Of a stretch of DNA of 64,000 nucleotides, positions 1 to 9,636 are shown one piece after another. The stretch covers positions 1,421,818-1,485,817 of the forward strand of contig NZ_JAQZZL010000001.1 of assembly GCF_028745505.1 (NCBI RefSeq), in the 5' to 3' direction. The position numbers and the translations under genes are program-made. This DNA is from Lentisphaera marina (GTDB taxonomy: Bacteria; Verrucomicrobiota; Lentisphaeria; Lentisphaerales; Lentisphaeraceae). Under the pieces are notes generated by a model, which was not told the origin of the DNA, made no database searches, and worked only from the letters and a program-made list of their open reading frames with translations. The number at the start of each line of letters is the position of its first letter. Position 1 is the first letter of the stretch.

Positions 1-623
1 ACCGCCATGCGGTCAGCAAAATCAAAGGCTTCTTCCTGATTGTGGGTCACTAGAATAGAACTGACGCCTTCTGATTTGAAGATTTGGCGAATTTCATTGC
101 GCAAGCGACGTGCGAGCTTCGCATCGAGATTCGAAAAGGGTTCATCCATGAGTACGAGTGAGGGTTTGATCGCTAAGGTTCTTGCAATGGCAACGCGTTG
201 AAGTTGGCCACCAGAAACTTGGTGAGGCATTTTTTTTGCGTGTTCTTCAAGTCCTAAAAGTGTAAGTAGTCGTTTTAGTGTACTTTGCTTTTGGCTCTTA
301 TCTTTAAGGCCAAAAGTAATATTCTCCTCAATAGACAAATGTGGGAAGATAGCGTAATCCTGAAAGATAAAACCGGTATTTCGCAGGTTAGGGGCGAGGT
401 CGGTTTGATGATCAAAAAAAGTCTGGTCGAGGTGAAGGATATGGCCTTGACTTGGTTTTTCTAAGCCTGCGATCGCGCGCAGTGCCGTTGTTTTGCCACA
501 ACCACTGGAGCCGAGAAGTGCAAAGCACTCTCCAGGCATGAGGTCGAAAGAAATATTATCGACAGCACAGAAAGAACCAAAATGGCAACTGAGTTCTTTG
601 ATGGTGAGTAAGGCTTTAGTCAT
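1..623 (-). CDS. ABC transporter ATP-binding protein (Fe3+/spermidine-type importer ATPase), 5' part of gene only; C-terminus runs off window
   Basis: Reverse-strand translation shows Walker A (LGSSGCGKTT), signature LSGGQLQRVAIAR, Walker B LVLMDEPFSNLD and an H-loop; ATG at 623 overlaps the downstream permease by 8 nt. Confidence 0.8.
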   Translation of the reverse strand, partial: MTKALLTIKELSCHFGSFCAVDNISFDLMPGECFALLGSSGCGKTTALRAIAGLEKPSQGHILHLDQTFFDHQTDLAPNLRNTGFIFQDYAIFPHLSIEENITFGLKDKSQKQSTLKRLLTLLGLEEHAKKMPHQVSGGQLQRVAIARTLAIKPSLVLMDEPFSNLDAKLARRLRNEIRQIFKSEGVSSILVTHNQEEAFDFADRMA

Positions 624-2190
624 TGCTTTTAGTCAATTTTTGATTGAGGATAAAGTATAGAGATATACTACTAATTCCCAATAATAAAAGTGCGGGAGCC
701 GCAACTAGCGAGTATTCGGCTTCATCAATGAGGTTCCATATATTTTGAGTGAGATAAAATTTTCCTGGTTGGGCTAGAAGTAGAGTTATGGGTAGTTCTT
801 TGAGGGTGGAAATAAAAACAAGAGCAAAACCAGCGAGTAAGCCAGGGCGAAGCAGTGGGGCAGTGATGCGAAGCTTAGTGGAGACTGAATCATGGCCTAG
901 CATAAGTGAAGCCTCTTCGAGGCGAGGATTGATTTGGGCGAGTGAGGTTTTTACCGAGCTAACCGCTTGGGGGAGGAAGCGAATAGCACAGCCAAGCACT
1001 GGAAGCCAGAGAGTTTGATAGAAGGAATAACCGAAGAGTTTAAAGCTAACAAAGAAGCTGATAAAGGCTAAGCCAATCACGAGGCCCGGGAACATATTCC
1101 CCAAGAAGCTGATGCGATCTGCGAAAGTCGCAAAGAGACCTTTTTTGCGAAGGGCGCACCAAGCACATGGTACGGCAAATAGAATAGAGATGATGGCAGC
1201 CAAAAAGGCTAGGGTGGCAGAGTTAAAGGATGAATCAAAAAGATTCTTTGGGAAAACGAGTTCACTATTGCGACCTTTGGAAAACCAGTAAAGGATAGTA
1301 AGTAGGGGGAGCAGGCAAGCCATGAAAATTGTCGATGAGTAAAAAATGATAATTAGTAGAAGTTTACTCGGCTTTGCTTTTTTGATGATTTGTCGAGCCT
1401 TGTTGTCAGTGATCCGTCCTTGAGAACGGTTTATCCAGGATTCCAGTTGGAGGAAAATAAAAGCAATGATTATAAGTAGAAGTGAAAAAAATGAGGCCTT
1501 GTCAAAACTGCCTCTATCAAGATGGCGAAAGATATAGTAGGTCATGGTTTTGTAACGCAGAATCGCAGGGGTTCCAAAGTCACTTAAGGTGTAGAGGGCT
1601 ACTAATAACATTCCTGAGGCAATGGGTATCTTAAGGGCAGGTAGTGATATCTTGAAAAAAACTTGTGTGGGATTAAAACCAAGTAGGCGCGCACTTTCTT
1701 CTTGGGAAGGTGATTGCCTTTGTAGAGCGGCGTAAGTCATGAGGAAGATGAGTGGGCTATTGACGAGCGTCATGCTCATCCACGTACCAAAGAGTCCGTT
1801 GCGAATGGGGATGGGGAATGCCATGCCAGTTAGGTTTTGATAAAAGCCCATGTGATCAAAAGCAGCTAAGTAGCTATAAGCAGAGATATAAGAGGGGAAA
1901 ACTAAGGGGAGTATACAAAGAATGAGGATTATTTTTTTCCCAGGGATATGGTAGCGGGCTAAAAACCAAGCTTGTGGTACGGCAATCAAGGCGCCGCCAA
2001 TGGCCGTCAAAGAGGCGAGTAATAAGCTGCGACCAATAGTTGGCCATAAATCACGGGTAGCAAAGAGTAAATTGAGTTCATTTTTTGAATCCAATACATC
2101 TTTGACTGAAACGTATAAAGGCAGCAACATAAAAAATGCTACTGCCAGAATAGTAATTTTCAGAAATAAATCTGAACTTTTAAGCGTCAA
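616..2190 (-). CDS. Iron(III) ABC transporter permease, double permease domain (FbpB/AfuB-like)
   Basis: 524 aa with two repeated 6-TM permease modules; translationally coupled to the ATPase and substrate-binding protein genes. Confidence 0.75.
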   Translation of the reverse strand: MTLKSSDLFLKITILAVAFFMLLPLYVSVKDVLDSKNELNLLFATRDLWPTIGRSLLLASLTAIGGALIAVPQAWFLARYHIPGKKIILILCILPLVFPSYISAYSYLAAFDHMGFYQNLTGMAFPIPIRNGLFGTWMSMTLVNSPLIFLMTYAALQRQSPSQEESARLLGFNPTQVFFKISLPALKIPIASGMLLVALYTLSDFGTPAILRYKTMTYYIFRHLDRGSFDKASFFSLLLIIIAFIFLQLESWINRSQGRITDNKARQIIKKAKPSKLLLIIIFYSSTIFMACLLPLLTILYWFSKGRNSELVFPKNLFDSSFNSATLAFLAAIISILFAVPCAWCALRKKGLFATFADRISFLGNMFPGLVIGLAFISFFVSFKLFGYSFYQTLWLPVLGCAIRFLPQAVSSVKTSLAQINPRLEEASLMLGHDSVSTKLRITAPLLRPGLLAGFALVFISTLKELPITLLLAQPGKFYLTQNIWNLIDEAEYSLVAAPALLLLGISSISLYFILNQKLTKSND

Positions 2191-3243
2191 TTAGAGTGCG
2201 CCGTTCTCTTCGAGTACTTGAATAGTCTCTTCGATTTTATCGAGATCACCGAGGTCGATTTTGATTGGGTCGATTTGATCGAGGGGCTTAAGCTCAGAGA
2301 AAGCACTCACACCAGCCGCAAGTGGATACTCAAAGTTGGAGTCTTTAAAGAATGATTGCGCTTTTTCACTTAGAATCCAGTCGATGAATTTTTGTGCAGC
2401 CGCTTTGTTTTTAGAACTCTTTAGAAGAGCAATTCCAGAAACATTAATGAACATACCAGCATCTCCATCAGCAAAAAAATGATTTTCAGCATCGAGTGCT
2501 TCTTTCATATCCAAGCGGACTTTGTAGAGGTAATAGTGATTCACTAAGCCGGCTGCAACTTTACCTTCAGCAACAGCTTTAACGATGGGAGTGTTTTTAG
2601 GGAAATCTTGAATCTCGTTGGCTTTGAGTGCTTTGATCCATGCAGCAGTTTTTTCCTTGCCGAGAACTTTAATCATTGCCGTGACGTGTGATTGGAAAGA
2701 ACCATTGCCGGGTGCCCAGCCAAGACGACCTTTCCACTTTGGATCAGCTAAGTCTTCAATACTTTTTGGGAGTTCTTCAGCTTTGACCATCTTTTTGTTG
2801 TAAACAAGGACACGAGCACGGCCAGAAGTTCCCACCCAGTCGCCTTTGGGGCCAGTATAACGAGCATCAACTTTTTTTACTGTTTCAGCAGGGAGTACTT
2901 CAAGAACATTTGCTGAAGATAAAGCGCCGAGGTTTGATGAGTCTTGTGCGAAGAAAAGATCTGCAGGAGAGTTGTCGCCCTCGCGTAGAATCGTATTGGC
3001 AAGTTGAGCAGTTTTACCTTCTTTCACAGTGATTTTAATGCCAGTTTCTTTGGTGAATAAATCAAAGAGGGGCTGAGCATACATGGTTTTTCGTCCCGTG
3101 TAAATGAGAAGGGCTTGTTCAGCTTCAGAGTTTTGTTTTACAACTGGTGCATATTCTTTTGCAGTTTCAGCACTAGGAGTCTGAGTTTTGTTATCGCAAG
3201 AGGCAAAGAAAATTGCTAAAGCAGCGATGAGTAGTTTTTTCAT
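2191..3243 (-). CDS. Fe(III) ABC transporter periplasmic substrate-binding lipoprotein (FbpA/AfuA-like)
   Basis: Lipoprotein signal MKKLLIAALAIFFASC; length and fold typical of the iron-binding SBP family; first gene of the SBP-permease-ATPase operon. Confidence 0.7.
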   Translation of the reverse strand: MKKLLIAALAIFFASCDNKTQTPSAETAKEYAPVVKQNSEAEQALLIYTGRKTMYAQPLFDLFTKETGIKITVKEGKTAQLANTILREGDNSPADLFFAQDSSNLGALSSANVLEVLPAETVKKVDARYTGPKGDWVGTSGRARVLVYNKKMVKAEELPKSIEDLADPKWKGRLGWAPGNGSFQSHVTAMIKVLGKEKTAAWIKALKANEIQDFPKNTPIVKAVAEGKVAAGLVNHYYLYKVRLDMKEALDAENHFFADGDAGMFINVSGIALLKSSKNKAAAQKFIDWILSEKAQSFFKDSNFEYPLAAGVSAFSELKPLDQIDPIKIDLGDLDKIEETIQVLEENGAL

Positions 3244-3410
3244 TTGGGGTTCATTCCTAAGTTAATGAGATAAAGTCTCAGTAGAGTACATAGAGATAAA
3301 CTTTATTCAAGAACAAATAGGTGTGAGTCGATAATTTATCATGTAAAATACAAGAGCCCCTCAAAGATAAAATTTGAGAGGCTCCTAAGAATGTTTACTA
3401 TCGACGCGTT

Positions 3411-4670
3411 TTATTTAAATAAATCGCCGATTTTTGACCCGATTGCATAGTCCAGACGAAGCCAAACGTTCATGTCGTCATTGGCATAGCCATCACCACG
3501 GTCGTCATTGCCGACGAAGTAGGCAGCTTTAACTGATGCGGTTAAGTTGTCTGTTAATTTACGTGCGACCAAGGCATTGTATTCCATACCGTAATCATCA
3601 TTGCCAGCAACATCATCGAAGTAGTGGTAGGCAAGAACAACTTTATTACCCATGAAAGAACCTTTAAGGTCAATATAGTAATCTTGGAGACCATCAGCTA
3701 AGTTACCACCATTAGTTCCAAGGAATCGGTCAGACCATCCGTTGAATTTGTGAGCGGTAGAAAAGAGTGTGTCAAAAGCAAAATTTTCATCTCTTTCATC
3801 GATGAACATGTAACCGAGGCCTGGAGTCCAATCACCCATTTTGTAACCACCGTAGAGGTGTGTGAACATGGTTTCGTTATCATCGGAATCAGCATAGTCA
3901 GTTTGATAAGCAAAAGTTGCATCGTAGATAAAGTCATCAAATTTACCATCTACACGAACACCATAAGTAGCAGAATCGTTTGTAGTTGCACCCTTGTGAG
4001 CAGTTCCACCTTTGGCTTTTAAGTCTTCGTCACCGTCTACAAAGTAAGAAAAACCAGTTAGAGTGTGAGTTTCAGCTAATTTGTATTTAGCATTAAACAT
4101 GAGGATATGATCGTATTCTACGCTGTTACCAAAAATGGTATTGACTTTATCGGCATAAGCTGCAAAGAGCTCGAGTTTATCAATAGATTTGTTGGTGATG
4201 CTAACTGCATCAAAAGTTTGCTCGGTTTGTCTCCAACCAATATTACCAATGAAACGAACATCGTTTTGAAGAATTACTTGACGACCAACACGAACTTTAG
4301 TGTCTGGTATGAGAGTGAAATCAGCGTAAACTTGTTGCCAACGAGTTACATCGGGATCAGCTACAACCTCATATTCACCAGCGCCATGGCCCTCAGTATC
4401 ATTATAATCGGATACGACTCGTTGATTCGAATGATATTGTGCATAAAAACTTAAACCGCCAATTTCAGCAGTTCGAAAGCCAACATAGTTAGATAGAGTT
4501 AAGGCATTGGCATCATCATTAGCACTTCCCTGTACAGAAGCATGCTCATAGCCGAGTCTTGCTTTTAGGTCTAGTTCACCTTTCGTAAATATTTCGCCAA
4601 AGTCATTGGCTTTTTCTGCTGCTGTAGCTGCAAGTGCAGACATTAAGAAGCATGTTGCGAATTTTTTCAT
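3411..4670 (-). CDS. Putative outer-membrane beta-barrel porin
   Basis: Signal peptide starting at MKKFATCFLMSALAATA (internal ATG at 4670 with AAGGAA SD 8 nt upstream); alternating hydrophobic/polar pattern; aromatic-rich C-terminal strands. Confidence 0.45.
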   Translation of the reverse strand: MKKFATCFLMSALAATAAEKANDFGEIFTKGELDLKARLGYEHASVQGSANDDANALTLSNYVGFRTAEIGGLSFYAQYHSNQRVVSDYNDTEGHGAGEYEVVADPDVTRWQQVYADFTLIPDTKVRVGRQVILQNDVRFIGNIGWRQTEQTFDAVSITNKSIDKLELFAAYADKVNTIFGNSVEYDHILMFNAKYKLAETHTLTGFSYFVDGDEDLKAKGGTAHKGATTNDSATYGVRVDGKFDDFIYDATFAYQTDYADSDDNETMFTHLYGGYKMGDWTPGLGYMFIDERDENFAFDTLFSTAHKFNGWSDRFLGTNGGNLADGLQDYYIDLKGSFMGNKVVLAYHYFDDVAGNDDYGMEYNALVARKLTDNLTASVKAAYFVGNDDRGDGYANDDMNVWLRLDYAIGSKIGDLFK

Positions 4671-4931
4671 TTTTTCATTCCTTGTTTGACTTAGGGTTAT
4701 CATTCAACATGACTGCGAATAATAGGGATTATTGTATAAAAGCTTAGAGCTTAATGCAAAGGTTTTTATCAAAATTTCATTTGATTAAATTATTTATCTT
4801 AGCTTTAAAAATTTAATCTGATTTATTATAATTAAGTTTAAGGGAAGGTCAATCCCTTTTTTATACAAAATACCAAAAAAGTAATATATAACACAAAAGT
4901 TACAGTTATCGTATGTTTTTTTACTTGCCTT

Positions 4932-4961
4932 AAAAAACCCTCAGTAAATCTTTACTGAGGG
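4932..4961 (-). terminator. Rho-independent terminator downstream of narK
   Basis: Perfect 9-10 bp stem CCCTCAGTA(A)/(T)TACTGAGGG followed on the minus strand by T6. Confidence 0.6.
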
Positions 4962-4983
4962 TTAAAGGAAGAGTAACTTAAGT

Positions 4984-6390
4984 TTAAGCGGGAAGAGCAG
5001 CTTTTAGAGCAGCGGCTTCTTCTTGAGCTTTTTTGGTAGCGACAGCAGCAACTTCTTCATCTTTCGCAGAGAAGCGAACAAAAGCAGTAGCAATACCTGA
5101 GAGTATAATTAACCCACCAAGGATTAAAAAGCTACTTGATATACCAGCTGCTTCAGCAGCTTTTGTAGTGACTTCAGAAACCTGTGTAGGATCAATAGCT
5201 GAATGAGTATTTTTACATTTTTCCCTGATGAGCCAAGCGGCTAAAACAGCACCTGCATTACCACCAGCACCAACGATGCCAGATACAGAACCGACGCATT
5301 TTTTATTGATGAAGGGAACCACTGTAAAGGTTGCTCCTTCGGCCATTTGAACGCTGAGAGAGAAAAGGATTAGAACAACGACGGCGAGTGGGAAGTAAGT
5401 AATTTGTGAGAAAGAAGCTAAAATAATACCTTCGATAACCATGATTAACATGAGGAACTGAACTCGACCTTTAAGACCTTTTTTAATACCGAATTTATCT
5501 CCCAAGAACCCACCAGTAGTACGGGCAAATATGTTCATGAGTGCGAAGCATGCTACGAGTGTTCCTGCTTGACCACGACTTAAAGCAAACTGTGCTTGTA
5601 AGTAATCATCCATTTTGCCATAAACAGTGAGTTCGATACCGAAGCAACCTGCATAAACGAGGAAGAGGATCCAGCTACGGTAGTCTTTTGCAGCCTCAGT
5701 GAAACTACCTGATTTTTTAGCGTCAAGCATTTTACCTGCGGCACGTAGATCTTTGAAGTTACCTTCAGGAGTATCTTGGGTGAATTTGTAGTAGACGAGA
5801 CCCATGATGAAGCAACTCACACCAGCAAAAGCCATAGACCACCTCCATGCTTCTGCTTCAGCAACTCCACACGCAACCACACCTAGTGCAATAATTGGCA
5901 TTATAATTCGATTAGCACCACCACCGAGGTTACCCCAGCCAGCAGAAGTAGCGTTTGCTGTGCCTACACAGTTAGGAGCAAACATGAGAGAAGTGTGAAC
6001 TTGTGTAATAACAAAAGAGGCACCAATAAAACCAATGAGAATACGACAAAAAAGGAACTGTTCAAAATTTTGAACAAAAGCTATTCCGATAACTGGAAGT
6101 GAACCGAGTATAAGCATCCAAGTGTAGCATATTCTTGGACCATATTTGTCGCATAGTTTACCTAAAAGAAGGCGAGCAAAGATAGTGCCGGAAACGGCAG
6201 CAATTACTGAAAGGTTTGCTTGATCACCAGTCATTCCTAAAGATTTTTTTACCGCAGGCATAAATGGAACTATACCGAACCATGAGAAAAAGCACATAAA
6301 GAATGCGATTGCGGTTATCCAGAATGTGCGAATTTGAGGACTCTTAAGATCCGTCAACTTTAATTTTGTGGCTTTGCCAGCTATTTCCAT
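4984..6390 (-). CDS. narK: Nitrate/nitrite transporter, MFS NarK/NasA family
   Basis: 12-TM MFS with the NarK signature GWGNLGGG; start taken at internal ATG 6390 (MEIAGK...) with AAAGGAAG SD. Confidence 0.85.
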   Translation of the reverse strand: MEIAGKATKLKLTDLKSPQIRTFWITAIAFFMCFFSWFGIVPFMPAVKKSLGMTGDQANLSVIAAVSGTIFARLLLGKLCDKYGPRICYTWMLILGSLPVIGIAFVQNFEQFLFCRILIGFIGASFVITQVHTSLMFAPNCVGTANATSAGWGNLGGGANRIIMPIIALGVVACGVAEAEAWRWSMAFAGVSCFIMGLVYYKFTQDTPEGNFKDLRAAGKMLDAKKSGSFTEAAKDYRSWILFLVYAGCFGIELTVYGKMDDYLQAQFALSRGQAGTLVACFALMNIFARTTGGFLGDKFGIKKGLKGRVQFLMLIMVIEGIILASFSQITYFPLAVVVLILFSLSVQMAEGATFTVVPFINKKCVGSVSGIVGAGGNAGAVLAAWLIREKCKNTHSAIDPTQVSEVTTKAAEAAGISSSFLILGGLIILSGIATAFVRFSAKDEEVAAVATKKAQEEAAALKAALPA

Positions 6391-6595
6391 CGTAAACTTC
6401 CTTTTTACATCATCGTAGTATATATACATAAAACGACGATTTTTCGTCTGCGTCAGTAGATTACTTAAATGCTGTGGAATATCAAACAGGAAAAATAACA
6501 AATTTACAAAAAATCTACAAAAAAGTAAAAATATATACCAAAATTACAATTACGTAAAAATATTCAGGGTGATTGTGTAGGTGCTGATAATAATT

Positions 6596-9500
6596 TTAAA
6601 CTTTATTACTTATCCAAGCACATTGGTAAGGGGCCAGTTCAATAACTGCACTTAAATCATCATAAGATTGGTCACTGAGCAAGTCATGCCAAGTTTCTGT
6701 AGCTATTAGGTTAAGTTCGACTAAGGGGATTTTTTGAACTTGGTCACTAATATTATGAATCGCAAAAATATTTTGATGGCGATCTAGGCTCTCTCTCCAA
6801 AAAGCAAAGAGGGTGCTACCTAAGTGTAAAGTATATTGAGTGGCATTTGGATGAAAAGCTGCTTGTTTGCGGCGAATTTTAATTAGTTGCTTGAGTCTAT
6901 TAAAAACCGTCATGTGGTGACTTGAGGGGTCTTGTAGTTTTTCATTTAGTTCATTAATATCCCATTGGCTACGATTGATCGAACGCGCGCGACCCGTTTT
7001 CTCAGCAAATTCGTGATCATTTTGTGTGCCAAGTAAGCTGTGGATATATATAGCAGGGATACCCTCGAGAGCTAACATAATAGTGTGGGCGCATATAAAT
7101 CGATCTAGATGCCACTGATCCGACTCAGAAGAATTGGCCTTAACGGTAGATTTAAGTGCATCAAAAAGTGAAATGTTGACTTCATAAGGTTTGTTTTGAC
7201 CATCGGGAGTCTGTCTCATAGAGATATGACCGCCAAAATTACTTAAGGTCGAAAGCATATTACTCAACTCTGTATCATTTAATAAACCTTCAGCAGGGCG
7301 CACACCTATGCCGTCATGGGAGGCTATAAAGTTAAGATAAGTACGACCTCGTTTGGCAGGAGGCATGGACATCATCCAAGTTTTGAGGTGTGAGCAATCC
7401 CCAGTCAGTAAACTATTAATTAGTAAGGGGGGTAAAGAAAAGTTATAGATCATATGAGCTTCATTATCATTGCCAAAGTAACTTAAATTCTCGCGATTTG
7501 GGACATTAGTTTCAGTGATGATTAAAGCGGATGGCTCGATGTTTTCGAGAACCAAACGGATGAGTTTTATGATTTCATGTGTTTGATGAAGGTGCACGCA
7601 TTCAGTGCCGCTTTCTTTCCACAAAAAGGCAATGGCATCGAGTCTGAAGAGCCTTACGCCATGTTTAAGGTAATCAGCCAAAATACGAATCACTTCAAAT
7701 AGGACTTCAGGATTAGCATAATTGAGGTCGACTTGGTCAGCACTAAAGGTACACCAAACAGATTTTTCCCCTTTTTCAGTTTTGAATTCTGTTAGCAAGG
7801 GGGTCGCTCGAGGTCTTACGACTTTACTGAGATCAATCGAATCTTCAGGGATAATAAAATAGGATTTTCCAGGGGATTTATCCTCGAGGAAATTCTTAAA
7901 CCATTTTGATTGACTTGAACAGTGGTTAATAACAAGGTCGGCCATGAGTTTGAACTCACTGGCAATGGCTTCGACCTCTTGCCAAGTACCGAGGTCAGGA
8001 TTAATGGCATCATAATCAATAACTGAAAAACCGTCATCAGAACTGAAGGGTGAAAAGGGTAAGATGTGAACCGAGTTAACTGTTTTGTTTAGTTCTCTAT
8101 GCAGGAAACGGTGAAGGGTTCGAAGAGGAGGTTCACTTTGGTCAGATTTTTTTATGCTGTCCCCATAGGTGATAAGGACCACATCATCTTCTGACCACTT
8201 ATCCTGTTTAGTGTTTGTCAAAGGGCTAGCAGAAAGATTTAATTGCTCCATGAGTTTATCTGTTAGAGTATTAGTACAAATATCTTTATCTAATGACCCA
8301 TAGATTTCTCTTAAATGTAGAGAAATACGCTCTTTTAAGCGTTGTGTAGAAGGAGAAAGTACCGGCGTTTGTAGTGCGGAAGTGGAAAAATCACGATGAT
8401 CTTTTTCAACGGCATCCACAAGTCGTTCAAAAATATCTGGTACGGCAGCGCTAACGCGTTTCCAGCTAGGCATAAAGGGACTTTCCATAGCTTTTTCAAG
8501 AAAGTCTTGTCCTGCGTGAAGAATGTTTTCGGCAAATAGTTCGACCGCTTGACCTTCTTTATGGCGATCATAGGATAGACCATTAATGAGGGCGTCATTG
8601 TTATAACTATCGATGAGGTCTAGTGCCATACGGTAGTAGGTTGCTTTGATAGTTCGTATTGTCCCGGTAGAAAATACGGTGCCTTGTGTCGCCATCTTGC
8701 GAAAGAGTGATTTCGCGATGTCCGCACTCATTTTAGAAAGACCTTTGGAGCGATCACTTTCAGATAAGATCTGATGTTTATGGTCATAATTGTCAGCAAT
8801 ATCAACTTGGCAGATTTGGTTGCTAGAATAATTGCGTTGCAATTCTGAGAGTACGCCCATTTCAAGTCCCCAATCCGCAGGGATTCGTATATCTTCCAAA
8901 ACATCACTTTTCATAGAGAATTCCCCTGCTAAAGCATAGCGAAAACTATCGAGATAATCCAGGTACTCATTGGGTCCACAAACCTGTTTCATAGCGCGTA
9001 TAAGAGGAGTGACCAGAAGCCTGCAGGCGCGGCCATTTAATTTCTGACTCGCAATGCGCGAGTAAAACCCCTTACAAAATTTATAGCTAAAGTTGGGATG
9101 CACAACAGGGTAAATGAGTCGAGCAAGTAAATCGCGCTTATAGGTGAGGATATCACAGTCGTGAAGGGCGACAGCTTTAGCTTTTTCAGTAGCTAAAATA
9201 TAACCGAACATGTACCAAACATTTCTTCCTTTTCCCGGGTGTGGAGGGGCTAGATCATAGGACTGGAGCAAGGCATCGATGGCGCGGAGTCGAGGTCCAT
9301 CATGCCACATGACTTGAGGTTTTTGCGGGAGGCAATTAAAAAATTGTAGGGCATTGCGGTATTGGTCTTCATCGGCACGGTCCAGTCCGACAACAATTTG
9401 CTTTAAGTAATCCACATCTCTAAGTTCTTCGACAATATTAGCTAATGCGGGACCTTCTAATTCAGAGTAAAGGGAAGGCAATAATAATGCCATTGGTTTT

Positions 9501-9601
9501 TTTTTACTAAAAGTCCTTAGCTCATCTTCTAATTCGTTGATCGGTCGTTGGTTAAGGCTGTGAAGAGTTGTTACAATACCGTGCTGATGAAAATCACCCA
9601 T
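6596..9601 (-). CDS. Bifunctional protein: N-terminal GT-A glycosyl-3-phosphoglycerate synthase-like domain (GpgS/MpgS-like) fused to C-terminal GH13_18 sucrose-phosphorylase-family glycoside phosphorylase
   Basis: N-terminus has a GT-A DxD region (ALHDCDIL); C-terminal half carries sucrose-phosphorylase hallmarks ILPFSPFSSDDGFSVIDY, LVINHCS, FRLDAIAFLWKESGTECVHL, IASHDGIGVRP. Confidence 0.6.
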   Translation of the reverse strand: MGDFHQHGIVTTLHSLNQRPINELEDELRTFSKKKPMALLLPSLYSELEGPALANIVEELRDVDYLKQIVVGLDRADEDQYRNALQFFNCLPQKPQVMWHDGPRLRAIDALLQSYDLAPPHPGKGRNVWYMFGYILATEKAKAVALHDCDILTYKRDLLARLIYPVVHPNFSYKFCKGFYSRIASQKLNGRACRLLVTPLIRAMKQVCGPNEYLDYLDSFRYALAGEFSMKSDVLEDIRIPADWGLEMGVLSELQRNYSSNQICQVDIADNYDHKHQILSESDRSKGLSKMSADIAKSLFRKMATQGTVFSTGTIRTIKATYYRMALDLIDSYNNDALINGLSYDRHKEGQAVELFAENILHAGQDFLEKAMESPFMPSWKRVSAAVPDIFERLVDAVEKDHRDFSTSALQTPVLSPSTQRLKERISLHLREIYGSLDKDICTNTLTDKLMEQLNLSASPLTNTKQDKWSEDDVVLITYGDSIKKSDQSEPPLRTLHRFLHRELNKTVNSVHILPFSPFSSDDGFSVIDYDAINPDLGTWQEVEAIASEFKLMADLVINHCSSQSKWFKNFLEDKSPGKSYFIIPEDSIDLSKVVRPRATPLLTEFKTEKGEKSVWCTFSADQVDLNYANPEVLFEVIRILADYLKHGVRLFRLDAIAFLWKESGTECVHLHQTHEIIKLIRLVLENIEPSALIITETNVPNRENLSYFGNDNEAHMIYNFSLPPLLINSLLTGDCSHLKTWMMSMPPAKRGRTYLNFIASHDGIGVRPAEGLLNDTELSNMLSTLSNFGGHISMRQTPDGQNKPYEVNISLFDALKSTVKANSSESDQWHLDRFICAHTIMLALEGIPAIYIHSLLGTQNDHEFAEKTGRARSINRSQWDINELNEKLQDPSSHHMTVFNRLKQLIKIRRKQAAFHPNATQYTLHLGSTLFAFWRESLDRHQNIFAIHNISDQVQKIPLVELNLIATETWHDLLSDQSYDDLSAVIELAPYQCAWISNKV

Positions 9602-9636
9602 GGTGTTCTCCTTGTTTTAGACATCATTTGTCTTTG

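Noticed and set aside
3352-3387. Imperfect hairpin downstream of the porin gene considered as terminator
   Set aside because: Stem has a mismatch and only a weak T-tract, so the evidence is too thin.
6391-6595. Possible FNR/NarL-type sites and a weak GACGA/TCGTC hairpin upstream of narK
   Set aside because: No convincing TTGAT-N4-ATCAA match, only the isolated half-site ATCAA; the direct repeats TACAAAAAA are low-complexity AT-rich sequence.
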